Shown: piece after piece, positions 1-11,333 of the stretch | Layout: each line of letters starts with the position of its first letter | Numbering within the stretch: position 1 is the first letter of the stretch | From: an uncultured Acidobacteriota bacterium | GTDB lineage: Bacteria; Acidobacteriota; UBA6911; RPQK01; JAPXNP01 | DNA length: 64,000 bases | Direction: 5' to 3' | Assembly: GCA_963777605.1 (NCBI GenBank) | Contig: CAVZRV010000027.1 | Coordinates: 320,001-384,000 of the forward strand | Notes under the pieces: model-generated | The model's database searches: none | Seen by the model: only the letters and a program-made list of their open reading frames with translations | Told to the model about the DNA's origin: nothing | Translations under genes and position numbers: made by a program

Positions 1-1
1 C

Positions 2-85
2 GTCCTGATCGTGATCGGAAATCCCGACCAACTGACCCAACTCAGGGCGCTTTGCGATTCCTCGAAGTCAGGTGGGGAGGTCTAG
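2..85 (+). CDS. 3' end of an upstream gene, possibly an RCK_C/TrkA-C domain protein (partial)
   Basis: Frame 2 reads VLIVIGNPDQLTQLRALC... to TAG at 83-85, resembling the last strand-helix of RCK_C domains. Confidence 0.4.
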   Translation, partial: VLIVIGNPDQLTQLRALCDSSKSGGEV

Positions 86-208
86 ACAAACCCGGAAGGT
101 CCGCCGGCGCCTTGCCGACGGGCAACCGGAGCCATGGAAAAGGGCTTCGGTTTGCTAACGGATTTCCGCTTCAGAGCGGTACCGGGCATGATTGATTGGA
201 GGAGACTG

Positions 209-3200
209 ATGAAATCTCGAGTAGGACCACCAGATCACCAAAAAAATCCCGGATATCGGTTGCTCCTTCGTCGAGCAATGTTCCTCCTCGGGGCTATCGG
301 GTTGCTGAGTTCGATGGTACTCGGCGAAAGCCGGCTGATCTTCCCGCGAGTCTCCTACGATGACACCGTCACCGGCCTCGCCGTTGTGAACCCCCTCGAT
401 GAAGATGTCACCGTCACCCTGACTGCCTATCAGTCCGACGGAACGCTGCTGAGCGGAAAAGGTGTGACGAACCCGGTTACGGTAACTGTGGCTTCGGGAC
501 GCCAGTACGCGCAGATCACCTCGACCCTGTTTGGCTACACGGGCCAGGCAGGTCGCTATGGCTGGTGCGATGCCCGAAGCGACTCGAGCGGGCTGACTGG
601 TTTCTTTCTGGTTTTGAAGCCGGATCTCACCTCGCTGGACGGGGCCGACCTTCCTGCACTTGCGAACGAGGTCGTATTTCACGAGATTCGTCTCGGAACC
701 GGGTATGAAACGGAGATCAACCTGGTCAACCCGACTGCTGCGAAAACCCCGACCACACTGCGACTGGTTGGCTGGTCGGATGGAGCAGCCACGGTGACCA
801 CTGCAGAGAAGGCGGTCGAAATCCCGGCAAACGGAGTCCTGCGTCTAAATCCAAAGAGCCTTTTCCCGAATCTCAATCCCGGCAGCCATTACTACCTGGT
901 GGCATCAGCCTCCCGGCAGGTGGCCGGGTTCGCCGTCATCTCGGGTGCCGGAGACCAGGTGGGCTCGAATGCCATCCCCTCCAACCAACTCCTTTCACAT
1001 CTCTACTTCCCCCAGATTGCCGTGCTGAATCCCATCCTCACCGAGTTGACCGTCACGAACCGAGGTGAAACCGCGGTCATCCTCACGATCACCGCCCACC
1101 AGCCGAACGGGAATATGTTTGGACCGGGAGTCGTTCAGCAGAACCCGGTCACGCGCTCTCTTCCCCCCGGTGCGATCCTCCAGGAAGACGTGGCCTCGAT
1201 GTTCGGCTTCTCGGGAACGGGCCTCATCGACGGCTGGCTGGAAGTGGAGTCAACCGCAGAGTCAATCAACGGGTCAGTCAGCTACTCGATACCCGCAAGC
1301 AATTCCTGGGCTGCGGTTGCGTCGGCGCCGGAAGGTAAGACGCGGGCAATCTTCTCGCACATCGCGACGACCTACGGTTATTTCACCGGGCTGGCACTCC
1401 TGAACCCGGGGGCACTGGCGGCCAACGTCCGGGTCGTCGCGGTCAGGGCGGATGGATCAAGGCTGGGGATCTACACCACCGCGCTGCAGCCGGGACAGCG
1501 AATCAGCAAACTGGTGACGGAGTTGATCCCGGACGCTGCGGACCAGGGAGGCGGTTTCGTCTGGATCTCGAGCGACGTCCCACTGTTCATGTCATCCCTG
1601 TTCGGACACTTTACGAATGGAGTGCTGGCCAACATTCCCCCGCAACCGGTCACGGTCGGCTTCGCGCCCGACACAGATATCCCCAGGTACCGGGTTCAAC
1701 CGCCGCTGGCAGTCCTGCAGCCTTCGTCCAAGTTCGCCTTCAAGCTGGATGGAGCTACCGGGCCCGTCCAGTGGCAGGTCAACGGCCAACCCGGCGGCAA
1801 CGCAAAGACTACCGGAACCATCTCAACGTCGGGCCTTTATCGGCGCCGGCCCAACTTTCCGTGGACCTGCCAGTAACGGTTTCGGGAGCGTTCTCAAATC
1901 AGAAATCGGCGGCTTCAGTAGATCTCCTTGCCCGGGAGCAGGTCTTGACCGGGAGGGGACTGATCCTGTCGGTCGCCTACTTGCAGGGCCTGTCCCGCCT
2001 TTACACGGCGGAGTTGTCGGGAACGGGTGGCCTCGGAGTTGCGCCGGCCGGATCAAACCCCGCCGCAAGTGAAACCGCCATCTTTGATGTCACGACATCT
2101 CACGGTCCAGAAGGTACTCTCCATTCCGGGCGAGGAAGTCTCCAAAATGATCCCGTTTGAGACGGGAGGCCAGGAATTCTTGCTGGTTACCGCCAAGACT
2201 TCGGGCAAAGTGATCAGCGTCGACCCGGTCCACAAGACCTCAAAAGACCTGGCAACCGGTCTGAGCTCTCCGACCGCCCTGGTGATCGATCCGCTTGACG
2301 GGAGATCTCCTGGTTGCGGAATCCAATCGGGTCAGCGTGATCCCGGCATCGACTCTCCAGAACCAGCTCGCCGGCACCGGTGCGCGGGGAGTAGCGCCTC
2401 AGGCCAGCTCATTCCCAAGCGGCACTCTCTACGAAGGGAACCCCACGGGATTGTCGGTAGACCAATGTTCGGGGGACCTCTTCATCTCGGACGGCGGTAC
2501 AGGAGAAGTCGTCCGCTTCAACCGCTCGACCCGGGTCTCGGACACGGTTGTCAGCGGGCTGAATCAACCGACACAACAGCTCGTTCTCTATCGCAAATCG
2601 GTGGGCTGTCCCCAGGCCACCCATATTCTGGTCGTCGAACGCGACGCCGACCGGGTCTCTCTCGTGCTGCCCGAATCAAAGACCAGCTTCACGTGGGCGG
2701 AGGCACCCGGTGTCACTGACGTCGCTTGGGGTGAGTCCGGCGTCTACCTGTCCAGCTACCTGGACTCGGAAGGGTCTGTCAGCCGTACCGAGGTGCCCGG
2801 AATCTACGGTGAGCTTCCGCTTCATCGTCACAAGGATCCCGTTTACGCCAGCCCCAGGATTGATTTACAGTATGACGCCTCGACATTCACGGTACCCGCG
2901 AACCGCACCATTAACGTAACCTTTGACGTGGCCCACGCACCCGAGTCCGAGTATGACTCTCCGCAGGTCTATTACCGACGCTACTTCGGCGAGACCTGCG
3001 ACAGCATCGAAACTGCCAATCCACTACCGGCAACCGTCGTAATTCCACCCGGATACGACCTGTCACAGTGCCAGAATGTCCCTTCCCGGACGTCGGACGA
3101 AGGAGGAGTTTTCGAGGCTCACTGGGAACCATTCCTGCTGGGCGACACCTGTCACCTGGAGTTCCAGGTCCGTTTCAACTCTTCGGTACCGGTGGGAACT

Positions 3201-3260
3201 CGATATTCCTTCTGTGGTGAATGGGGCTACTACTGGCAAGTGATACAGCCCGGGTACTGA
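209..3260 (+). CDS. Large secreted protein (~1000 aa) with repeated beta-sandwich modules and an NHL/SMP-30-like beta-propeller; split by three frameshifts
   Basis: GGAGGAG before ATG 209; hydrophobic signal segment; repeated TGLAVVNP/TEINLVNP/TGLALLNP modules. Reading continues across ORFs 134-1876, 1771-2160, 2027-2719 and 2295-3260 with shifts near 1840, 2098 and 2294. Confidence 0.7.
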
Positions 3261-3266
3261 CTCAGC

Positions 3267-4232
3267 TCAGAGATCGAGCCACTTCTTGTGGCGGAAGTAG
3301 AGCAGCAGTGAAATCACGATCGTGACTACCGCAACCCAAAAGAATGGATAACCGTAAATCCAGCCGAGTTCGGGCATGTACTGGAAGTTCATGCCGTAGA
3401 CCCCAACCAGGAAAGTGAGCGGCAGGAAGATCAGGCTGATGATCGTCAACCGGTTGATGATGTGGTTGGTCTGGTGACTGACAAATCCCACGTAGAGGTT
3501 GAGCGTGTCAGCAATGACATCCCGCTGGGTCGAAAGGTCGGCACTCAGGCGGCCGAGGAGATCGGCCTTGGCACCCAGGTACGGCTGGGTGGTTTCGGTA
3601 ACGAATAGGGACTTGCGGGTCGCGACCGAACTGATGATCTCGCGGTTGTCTACAATCGCGAAATGGAACAGGAGCATCTGCTTCATGGTCCGCGCCACCC
3701 GGACGAAGATCCGCTTGTTGACGTGCTCAAAAAGCTCGGTCTGGAGCCGATCGATGACCGACTCGAACGACTGGTAGGTCTTCTGGTGGTTGAGGCACAA
3801 CATGTCAATGATCTCAAAAAGCAGGAAGCCTGGTGACTGCGCAAACTTGAGGAAATCCTGACCGTAGCGCGACAGGACGAGGCGGATGATTGCTGAACTG
3901 GATGCAGCCGACGTCACCAGAAAACGGTGTCCGAGGATCAACTTGAGCGGTTCTGTTGTCAACAATCCGTCGGAGAAGCGAGTTTCAGAAAGGGAGAAAG
4001 TCAGGTAATCGGAGGTCAGGTAAATCAGCGTCTCTTCTTCCTGGTCAAATGTGCCAAGATCCAGGTGGGTGTCCGGAAGAAGTCGGTCCAACCACTCCTG
4101 GAGTTCCGCCCCGCGAGACGAATCTCCGCAGATCCAGTAGTAGACATCGGGACCCGGGTCGCTCGAAAGCGACTTCAGCTCGATCTCCCGTTCCGTCTTG
4201 GTCTTGAAGTTGAACTCGATTGCAGTGACCAT
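3267..4232 (-). CDS. corA: CorA family Mg2+/Co2+ transporter
   Basis: C-terminal FLPLTFLVGVYGMNFQYMPEL signature followed by a second TM helix. Confidence 0.92.
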   Translation of the reverse strand: MVTAIEFNFKTKTEREIELKSLSSDPGPDVYYWICGDSSRGAELQEWLDRLLPDTHLDLGTFDQEEETLIYLTSDYLTFSLSETRFSDGLLTTEPLKLILGHRFLVTSAASSSAIIRLVLSRYGQDFLKFAQSPGFLLFEIIDMLCLNHQKTYQSFESVIDRLQTELFEHVNKRIFVRVARTMKQMLLFHFAIVDNREIISSVATRKSLFVTETTQPYLGAKADLLGRLSADLSTQRDVIADTLNLYVGFVSHQTNHIINRLTIISLIFLPLTFLVGVYGMNFQYMPELGWIYGYPFFWVAVVTIVISLLLYFRHKKWLDL

Positions 4233-4344
4233 TCCGAAATCCTGGCCCAGGTTGTCTTACGCAGCTATCTGCTTCCGCCACTCCCTTCGCGGGGGCCCGC
4301 TCAAACCGCGCAAGGAAGCCCCGGAGACGCGATCTCACAGCATC

Positions 4345-5568
4345 TTACCGGAACTTTTCCACAGTGTCGCCCCTTCCAGGGTAGGGTTGGAACCGCCGCT
4401 CGACTTCGTTGACACTCAGCCCGAAATCGTCCAGGCCGTGGTGGTGAACTCCATGCTTGTGCCGTGGATTTGACTCCAGGAAAGCGACAATCCTGTTCTC
4501 GAGAAAATCGGTCCATTCCAAGCCGAGCCTCCGGTAGACTTCACGCACAGCAGAGAGGGGGTCTGCAACCAGCTCAGAGTGGTGCACGTCGATAAACCGC
4601 TCAGGCCAGCGGCGGCGGGCCTCAAGGTTCCGCTCCATTTCCGCCGCCAGGAGATCGAGGTTGGCTCGGGCCATTCGCCCCACGTCAAGAGACTCCACGA
4701 CGGCCGAAAACACCGAGTAGAAGAGACTGTTCAGGCTGGAAACCACTTCGGCGGGATCCCGGTGCATCTGCACCAGGCAGGCATCCGGGATCGCGTGTAG
4801 GATAGCCGGTACCGACCCCGAGTGATTCGGTGCCTTGAGAAGAAGCCTGGCCGACGGCTCCTCCGACTGAAGAAAGCGCAATAGCGCCCCATACTCCAGG
4901 TAAGCCCGGAAGCGGTCCTGGGACGACAGCCAGTCCAGGTAACGGTAGACTGGGGCGACGACCCAAAGGCCGTGGCTGACGAAGGTGAAATTCAGGAGCC
5001 AGATGCACTCCTCCGGCAAATCCGCCCGCGAAACGTGCTTGCTGTCCAGATCGGGAGTCAGCCGGCGCCGCATCGCCAGCGCTTTCTCCAGAACACGCCG
5101 GCCGACTTCCGGCGACTCGCGTCGAATCGGGCGAAACAGTTGCCACATCGGGAGGGTCCGAAACCGGGGATCCATGGCCAGAAGCCGGTGCAGGAAGGTA
5201 GTCCCTGAGCGAGGTAGTCCAAGGATGATCACGGGACGATTGAGCGGCGTTTCGAAGCGTTCTGGAGACTGCTGCCGCGCCTCGACAAACAGGAGGCGAT
5301 TCTGCAGCAGCGTGACGACCATTCCCCGAATCCCCTTGCGTCCGATCGGGCTCAGCCGGGCGTCTGCCTCGAGTGAATCGAGAAAAACCTGTAAGCCTTC
5401 TGAAAACCACTTGTCGCCAAAATCAGTCAGCCCCGACCTGGATGCCGCTTCTTCAAACAGACGTCCCGCTTCGAAGCGAAAGCTCTTCCATCTTTCGACT
5501 CCAAGCCGGGTTCCAAAATGGTTAAAAGCCCTGTACGGCCAGGGAATCTGGGGGATGCTGGTCAACAT
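4345..5568 (-). CDS. Sulfotransferase family protein
   Basis: PAPS-binding IILGLPRSGTTFLH, LLKAPNH and HRDP motifs; start uncertain (ATG 5568 or up to 5616). Confidence 0.88.
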   Translation of the reverse strand: MLTSIPQIPWPYRAFNHFGTRLGVERWKSFRFEAGRLFEEAASRSGLTDFGDKWFSEGLQVFLDSLEADARLSPIGRKGIRGMVVTLLQNRLLFVEARQQSPERFETPLNRPVIILGLPRSGTTFLHRLLAMDPRFRTLPMWQLFRPIRRESPEVGRRVLEKALAMRRRLTPDLDSKHVSRADLPEECIWLLNFTFVSHGLWVVAPVYRYLDWLSSQDRFRAYLEYGALLRFLQSEEPSARLLLKAPNHSGSVPAILHAIPDACLVQMHRDPAEVVSSLNSLFYSVFSAVVESLDVGRMARANLDLLAAEMERNLEARRRWPERFIDVHHSELVADPLSAVREVYRRLGLEWTDFLENRIVAFLESNPRHKHGVHHHGLDDFGLSVNEVERRFQPYPGRGDTVEKFR

Positions 5569-5885
5569 GCCACGGAAACTCTGGACAGAGCTTAGCACGG
5601 CGGCTGAGGCCACCAAAAAAATCGTCTGGAACTTTCCTGGCTCAGATCTCGTCTAATGCAGTTGAGATCCCATTTGGATCTACTCCTCCCAACCCAACTG
5701 CAGCGTCGGCCTCCCCACCGGCGCTGCAGCTACCAATCCGAACCCGATTCCCCGGAAATTCGCATAAAGGGGGAAGATCCCGGCGTCGAATCGGTCACTC
5801 TCCTCTTCAGATCGCAACTCGGCCAAGATATGATGCTCGAGCGGCTGAAGCGGTTCCCGCCCGTTTCACCAGGAAGGAGTCCCTG

Positions 5886-8800
5886 ATGTTCCGCAAACCG
5901 GCGACCTGGATTGTCCTCATTCTAATTTCCACCTGCGGCCTCTTATTTGCCCTGCGATTTTTCTCACAGGCATTTCCGATCGTTTCGCTGGACCTGCGAA
6001 TGGACCGCACCGACGCGATTCAGAGGGCGTCGGAACTGGCCAAGGAACGCAGCATCGGGCCAGCCTCTTTTAAACAGGCCGCGTCTTTCGGGTCGGACAG
6101 CGCTGTTCAGACCTACGTAGAACTGGAGGCCGGAGGAGTTGATGCCTTTCGGAAGCTGATCGAGGGAGGGCTGTACTCCCCGTACCAATGGGAAGTGCGC
6201 CACTTCAAAGAGGGAGAGAAGCATGAGGCCAGTTTCTTCTTCACTCCCGAGGGTAAAAGCTACGGGTTCTCCGAATCTCTTCCAGAGGATGAACCCGGGG
6301 CAAGCCTGTCCACGGAGGAAGCCCGCAAGATTGCCGAGTCGTCCAGCGCCGCCTGGGGCGTTTCGCTCGACCAGTACAACCTGGTTGAGTGGCCGGCAGA
6401 CACCAAACCGGGAGGACGTACCGACCACACGTTCGTGTACCAGCGACCCGATCAGAAGCTGGGCGACGCGGAATACCGGCTCAGCCTGGTCGTCTCGGGC
6501 GATCGACTGACCGGCGTGCAGCACTTCATGAAGATACCCGAGGCCTTCAGCCGCAAGTACCAGGAGATGCGTTCTTCAAATGACACGATCGCTTTTGGTG
6601 CCACGGTGGCGATGGGAATCCTGTACATCATCGGTGGCTGTGTCATCGGACTCTTCTTCCTGCTCCGGCAACGTGCAGTGATCTGGCGCCCGGCCCTGAT
6701 GTGGGGCTGCATCATTGGTGGTCTCCAGTTCCTGGGCAGCGTCAACGAACTTCCTCTCCTTTGGATGGGCTACGACACAGCGCTCTCGGCCGGATCGTTT
6801 CTGGCCCGGCAACTGGTCATGGCAGCGGGAGGGGCCCTGGCCATGGGTGGCGTTCTGACCGTGACGTTCATGGCCGCCGAAGGCCTTACTCGCAAAGCAT
6901 TTCCCGAAGGCTTTCAATTCTGGCGGCTCTGGTCGCCGGGGGTCGCCAACTCGAAGCCGATTCTCGGCCGGACTCTGGCCGGATACCTTCTGGTTTCCGT
7001 CTTCTTCGCCTATGACGTCGCCCTGTACACCTTTTCAAACCGGGCCCTGGGCTGGTGGAGTCCCTCCGAAGCCCTTATCCATCCCGACACTCTCGCAACC
7101 TATTTTCCCTGGCTGAACTCGATCGCGACTTCACTTCAGGCGGGCTTCTGGGAGGAATGCCTGTTCCGGGCGGTTCCGCTGGCGGGTGCAGCCCTTCTCG
7201 GGAAGCGCTTTGGGAAGCGGGGACTCTGGATCGGGGGCGCCCTGATACTGGAAGCGGTGATCTTCGGCGCGGCCCACGCCAACTACCCGGCGCAACCAGC
7301 CTATGCCCGCCTGGTGGAACTGATCATTCCCGCTCTCGGTTTCGGTGGGATCTACCTCTTGTTCGGCCTTTTGCCGGGAATCATCCTTCACTTCACTTTT
7401 GACGTCGTCTGGTTCGCCCTGCCGATATTCGTCTCTACGTCCTCCGGTGTCTGGATCGACAAGGTGCTGGTTGTCGTCCTGACCTTGACTCCACTCTGGG
7501 TGGTTCTCTATTTCAGGACGCGCAGGGGACGCTGGGAGGAGCCTGGTCGCGACACCCATAACCAGGCCTGGGTCCCGGCCCCGCAAGCCGTTGAGGACGA
7601 AGAAGAGGTGCCTCTCGCGGAGTCTCGGCCGGCAACCCGGCTTCCCCGCTGGCTCATATACGGACTCGGGCTGGTTGGCCTGGTCTCCTGGGGAATGCTG
7701 TCCCGATTCGGTTCCGACGTTCCAACCATGAAGATCTTCCGAACCGAGGCCGTTCACATCGCCGACTCGACTCTGGAACAAAGAGGGATTCAGCTCGGGT
7801 CGGAGTGGACCAGGTTGAGTACGATTGACGTCCCGCTCAACGAGAACGATCTCTTTGTCTGGCAAGAGGGGGGGGCGGAAGCTTACCGGGAATTGATGGG
7901 GACCTACCTCGGGCCTCCTTACTGGAGGGTGCGCTATGTCCGATTCGAGGGTGATGTAGCCGATAGGGCGGAGGAGTACCAGGTCCACATCGACCCGTCC
8001 GGGAAGGTCTTCCGCGTACTTCACATCCTCCCGGAGGCCACAGAGGGCGCCCAACTGGATGAAGACCAGGCGAAAGAAATGGCCGACGAGACTCTGCAAG
8101 CCGAGTTCGGGATCAATCCGTCCAACGTGAAGCTCGTCGCCCGTGAGCCGACCCAGCAGCCGGACCGGCGTGACTGGTCTTTCACCTACTCCGACAGTGC
8201 CCACTATCCGCTCCAAAAGGGAGAAGCACGTATCTACATCCAGATTTCGGGCGACCAGGTCACCGATGCCTATCGTTTTGTGTTTGTTCCCGATGAATGG
8301 CTTCGGCAGGAACGGGCGGATCGCAGCACGCTGGACCTGATCCAAATGGTCTCCGGAGCGCTCATCGCAATCCTGGTCTTCGCGGGTGCGATTCTCGCAC
8401 TCGTGAACTGGACCCGGCATCGGTTCGTTCCCCGGTCGTTTCTGATCATCTTCGGAGCGCTCGTTCTCTTCTCGTGGCTCAGTCGCGCGAACGCGGTGCC
8501 CACGTTCCTGGCCGGATTCAGCACCGCCCAACCATTCAGCCTCCAACTGACCGTTCTTGTGCTGGCACTCATCCTCGGCTCCCTGTTCGTGGCTGCGGGG
8601 ACTGCCCTGGTGTACGGGCTGGTCAAATACTGGAAGGCCGTCGAAGGTCCGTCGGCGCGGGAGATCGGGGTAGGAATCGCGGCGGGACTCTTTGTGGCGG
8701 GCTTCGCTGCGGTTGCTTCCGCGACAGTCCCTCAACTGGCGCCCAAGTGGGGAGATCCGAGCCCCGCAGCCGATTTCTTCCCGTTCCTCGGCGTGCTCCT

Positions 8801-9206
8801 GCAGGCGGTCTCGGGACTGGTATCCCAGGTGGTGATCGCCCTGTTTCTCGTCACAGCCCTGAATCGCATTTCCTCGTTCGGTCGCCGGCGACTTCCGATG
8901 GCCGCCTCGGCTCTCGTCCTTTTCGGATTCAGCATTGCCGGAAGCCGAGGAATCGAAGGCCTGGGCTCATGGATCGTCTCGGCGGTGATCCTCACGGTGA
9001 TCTTCGCACTGGTCTATTGGTTCGTCTTTCGGACGAACTCTTCCGCTGTGATCCCGGCAGTTCTCGTCCTGAACCTGGCCGGACTCGGAAAGGCGATTCT
9101 GCAGGATCCGTTCACCGGCATTATCCCGGCTGGAATTGCCGCGGCGGCTCTGATCATTCTGGTCGGCTTCTTCTGGTGGTCCCGCATCGGTAAGGTGAGC
9201 AATTGA
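5886..9206 (+). CDS. CPBP (Abi/CAAX) family intramembrane glutamic endopeptidase with a duplicated extracytoplasmic plus TM module
   Basis: EExxxR (GFWEECLFR), FxxxH (FGAAH) and HxxxD (LHFTFD) motifs; many TM helices; AGGAG RBS. Confidence 0.85.
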   Translation: MFRKPATWIVLILISTCGLLFALRFFSQAFPIVSLDLRMDRTDAIQRASELAKERSIGPASFKQAASFGSDSAVQTYVELEAGGVDAFRKLIEGGLYSPYQWEVRHFKEGEKHEASFFFTPEGKSYGFSESLPEDEPGASLSTEEARKIAESSSAAWGVSLDQYNLVEWPADTKPGGRTDHTFVYQRPDQKLGDAEYRLSLVVSGDRLTGVQHFMKIPEAFSRKYQEMRSSNDTIAFGATVAMGILYIIGGCVIGLFFLLRQRAVIWRPALMWGCIIGGLQFLGSVNELPLLWMGYDTALSAGSFLARQLVMAAGGALAMGGVLTVTFMAAEGLTRKAFPEGFQFWRLWSPGVANSKPILGRTLAGYLLVSVFFAYDVALYTFSNRALGWWSPSEALIHPDTLATYFPWLNSIATSLQAGFWEECLFRAVPLAGAALLGKRFGKRGLWIGGALILEAVIFGAAHANYPAQPAYARLVELIIPALGFGGIYLLFGLLPGIILHFTFDVVWFALPIFVSTSSGVWIDKVLVVVLTLTPLWVVLYFRTRRGRWEEPGRDTHNQAWVPAPQAVEDEEEVPLAESRPATRLPRWLIYGLGLVGLVSWGMLSRFGSDVPTMKIFRTEAVHIADSTLEQRGIQLGSEWTRLSTIDVPLNENDLFVWQEGGAEAYRELMGTYLGPPYWRVRYVRFEGDVADRAEEYQVHIDPSGKVFRVLHILPEATEGAQLDEDQAKEMADETLQAEFGINPSNVKLVAREPTQQPDRRDWSFTYSDSAHYPLQKGEARIYIQISGDQVTDAYRFVFVPDEWLRQERADRSTLDLIQMVSGALIAILVFAGAILALVNWTRHRFVPRSFLIIFGALVLFSWLSRANAVPTFLAGFSTAQPFSLQLTVLVLALILGSLFVAAGTALVYGLVKYWKAVEGPSAREIGVGIAAGLFVAGFAAVASATVPQLAPKWGDPSPAADFFPFLGVLLQAVSGLVSQVVIALFLVTALNRISSFGRRRLPMAASALVLFGFSIAGSRGIEGLGSWIVSAVILTVIFALVYWFVFRTNSSAVIPAVLVLNLAGLGKAILQDPFTGIIPAGIAAAALIILVGFFWWSRIGKVSN

Positions 9207-11329
9207 GGGTCATCCCGGCCGCGCTGGCGGATCAACTCTTCGAACGCCTTTCGTCCACCGCCCGGATCTTGAGAGGAGCCGAGTCGTTGGCGGAAATGCG
9301 CGCCCCCCAGGTTGCTCGCGTGGTCTCTGTTGAGGGCGGTGCGGCACTCCTGCAACTGGGCGAACGGCAAGTCCTGGTCCGGGCACCCTGGCTGAAGCCG
9401 GGCGAAACCGTTCTGGCTAGACCCTTGAGTTCCTCGGACCCGACACCTTCGAGTATCGAAATCGTCCGCCTGGATTCCTTCGGGGCCGTCACACGGCCTC
9501 CTGAAAATCCCATTCAGGCACTTCCTGCGGTCCTCGACCAAGTCAGCGTCGGACGGCAGGCACAACTCGTCGCATCCGGTCCAACGCCGCAGCTAATGAG
9601 AACGGTGGAGACGCTGACCTGGGAGCGGTTATTCGAGTCGATCAACCCGGAAGCCCGCAAGCTACCTGATGCCTCCACGACGGCGACGGATCGAGAGTTC
9701 CTGCCTGACCGGGTTATCTGGTTTCGGAACGAGCTCACTTCCGGCAATCGGCAACCTGCACCGGAGAGCCCGCTACTCCTGTATGGGAAAGCTCCGCAGG
9801 GCCGGCCAGCCGCAACACCACCATCCTCCAGCCAGGAACCCGGACCAGAGCAAACTCTGCAGGCCGTCGTAATCCAGCGTCTCGGTGATGTGGTCGTGGT
9901 CCGGACTCCAGAAGGGCTTGGCGTCACCGCAGCGACGAGTGAGGACGCTCCGGCCGACAGCCCGTCGGCCCCAGTCTCCCAGAGAGCAGGAGCGCGCAAG
10001 GTTGCCGGCACTCAGCCGAACCTCCTCAACCGGGCCTCAGAGCCCATTGCGGGACCGGCAGTCAAAGACAATTCCGGCACAGAAGCTCTCGCCACCGCGG
10101 GGCTCGAAAAGGCCGTTCTGTTGACCAGCCGGCAACAAGTTTCAATATTCGCGACAAGCCGCGGTTTGGTCTTGGGCAAGCCTGCCCTGGAGGCTACTCC
10201 CGCTTCTGAGTGGATACTCGCCCGGGCCCCGGGCAACCAGGCTTCCCAGCCGGATGCCCCAATCCCGGCCAGACCGATCCTGGGAGCCGAAGAAATTCAC
10301 GCCTGGAGCGCAGCGCACCCGGGAAAACTTCTGGAGACCCGGGTCGCCGGTTGGGAGGAAGGCCATCTCTACCTGGAAACCGACCGAGCAATGCTGCGGG
10401 TCCAATCGGAGCGCCCCCTCAGGCCGGGGCGGACACTTCTCGTCCAGGTAAGGAACCAGGGCCCCGGAATCGAATTGCGACCGGTTGAACCGGTCCAGCA
10501 ACATCACCACCTGGTAGAGCGAATGGCCGGTTCGGGACCCGGTCACTGGACGGCAGCATCCCCGCCATTGCGCCAACTTGCGCGGCTTCTGGTCACCCTT
10601 CACGGGGTCCTGCCGGACTCCGCCAGAACCACGGAGAACCTGCAAGCGGTGGCCCCCGATGCACTCCTGGCAAAGGGCCGGGAGGGTGCCGAGCGACTGC
10701 TGCGTGATTCCGGCATCTGGTACGAAAGCAAACTTGCGTCGACCCCCACTCCCGAGGCGATGTCTCGAATCGCCCGCGAGGACCTCAAAGGCATGCTCTT
10801 GCGCCTCCTGGAGCCGCAGGTCAATCGCGATGGAGACGGTTCGAACGACCTCATCAGACGTTTGGTTGAGGGTCACCTGAATTCTATCGAGTCTCAGCAG
10901 GCAAGGGGCCTGGCGGCATCGTGGCGGGATTGGGGCTGGATTCTCGACCTGCCATGGAGCGGCAATTTGCCCGCTCGCCTATTTCTTGGTGAAGAACCGT
11001 CCGAAAGGAGGTCACGGGAAGAAAAAGCAGGCGGCCGGAGAATCCTCTTTCTTCTGGACCTCGAGAGCGCGGGCAACCTCCGAATCGATGCCCAGGTGGA
11101 ACCCGGACGTGTCGTGGCCAATGTTTTCGCGGAACAGAACGAATTTCGGGATTACCTTGCAGGGCAGATCGACCACCTGGAGAAGGCGCTTCGTGAAGCC
11201 GGCTACCCCCAGGCCAGAGTGAGAGTGCTGGCAACTTCGGACCAATCCCCGGAGTGCCGGGAGGACTTCGAGCAATTGGTACTGGGGCGGCCTCCGAAAG
11301 GACAGCAGGAACTGGACATGAGGGCATAG
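9203..11329 (+). CDS. FliK-like flagellar hook-length control protein
   Basis: Pro/Ala-rich body; SGIWYESKL and DLKGMLL segments; C-terminal LDLESAGNLRIDAQV...LEKALREAGY...LDMRA FliK_C-like domain; next to an FlhB-like gene. Confidence 0.65.
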   Translation: MRVIPAALADQLFERLSSTARILRGAESLAEMRAPQVARVVSVEGGAALLQLGERQVLVRAPWLKPGETVLARPLSSSDPTPSSIEIVRLDSFGAVTRPPENPIQALPAVLDQVSVGRQAQLVASGPTPQLMRTVETLTWERLFESINPEARKLPDASTTATDREFLPDRVIWFRNELTSGNRQPAPESPLLLYGKAPQGRPAATPPSSSQEPGPEQTLQAVVIQRLGDVVVVRTPEGLGVTAATSEDAPADSPSAPVSQRAGARKVAGTQPNLLNRASEPIAGPAVKDNSGTEALATAGLEKAVLLTSRQQVSIFATSRGLVLGKPALEATPASEWILARAPGNQASQPDAPIPARPILGAEEIHAWSAAHPGKLLETRVAGWEEGHLYLETDRAMLRVQSERPLRPGRTLLVQVRNQGPGIELRPVEPVQQHHHLVERMAGSGPGHWTAASPPLRQLARLLVTLHGVLPDSARTTENLQAVAPDALLAKGREGAERLLRDSGIWYESKLASTPTPEAMSRIAREDLKGMLLRLLEPQVNRDGDGSNDLIRRLVEGHLNSIESQQARGLAASWRDWGWILDLPWSGNLPARLFLGEEPSERRSREEKAGGRRILFLLDLESAGNLRIDAQVEPGRVVANVFAEQNEFRDYLAGQIDHLEKALREAGYPQARVRVLATSDQSPECREDFEQLVLGRPPKGQQELDMRA

Positions 11330-11333
11330 GGAG

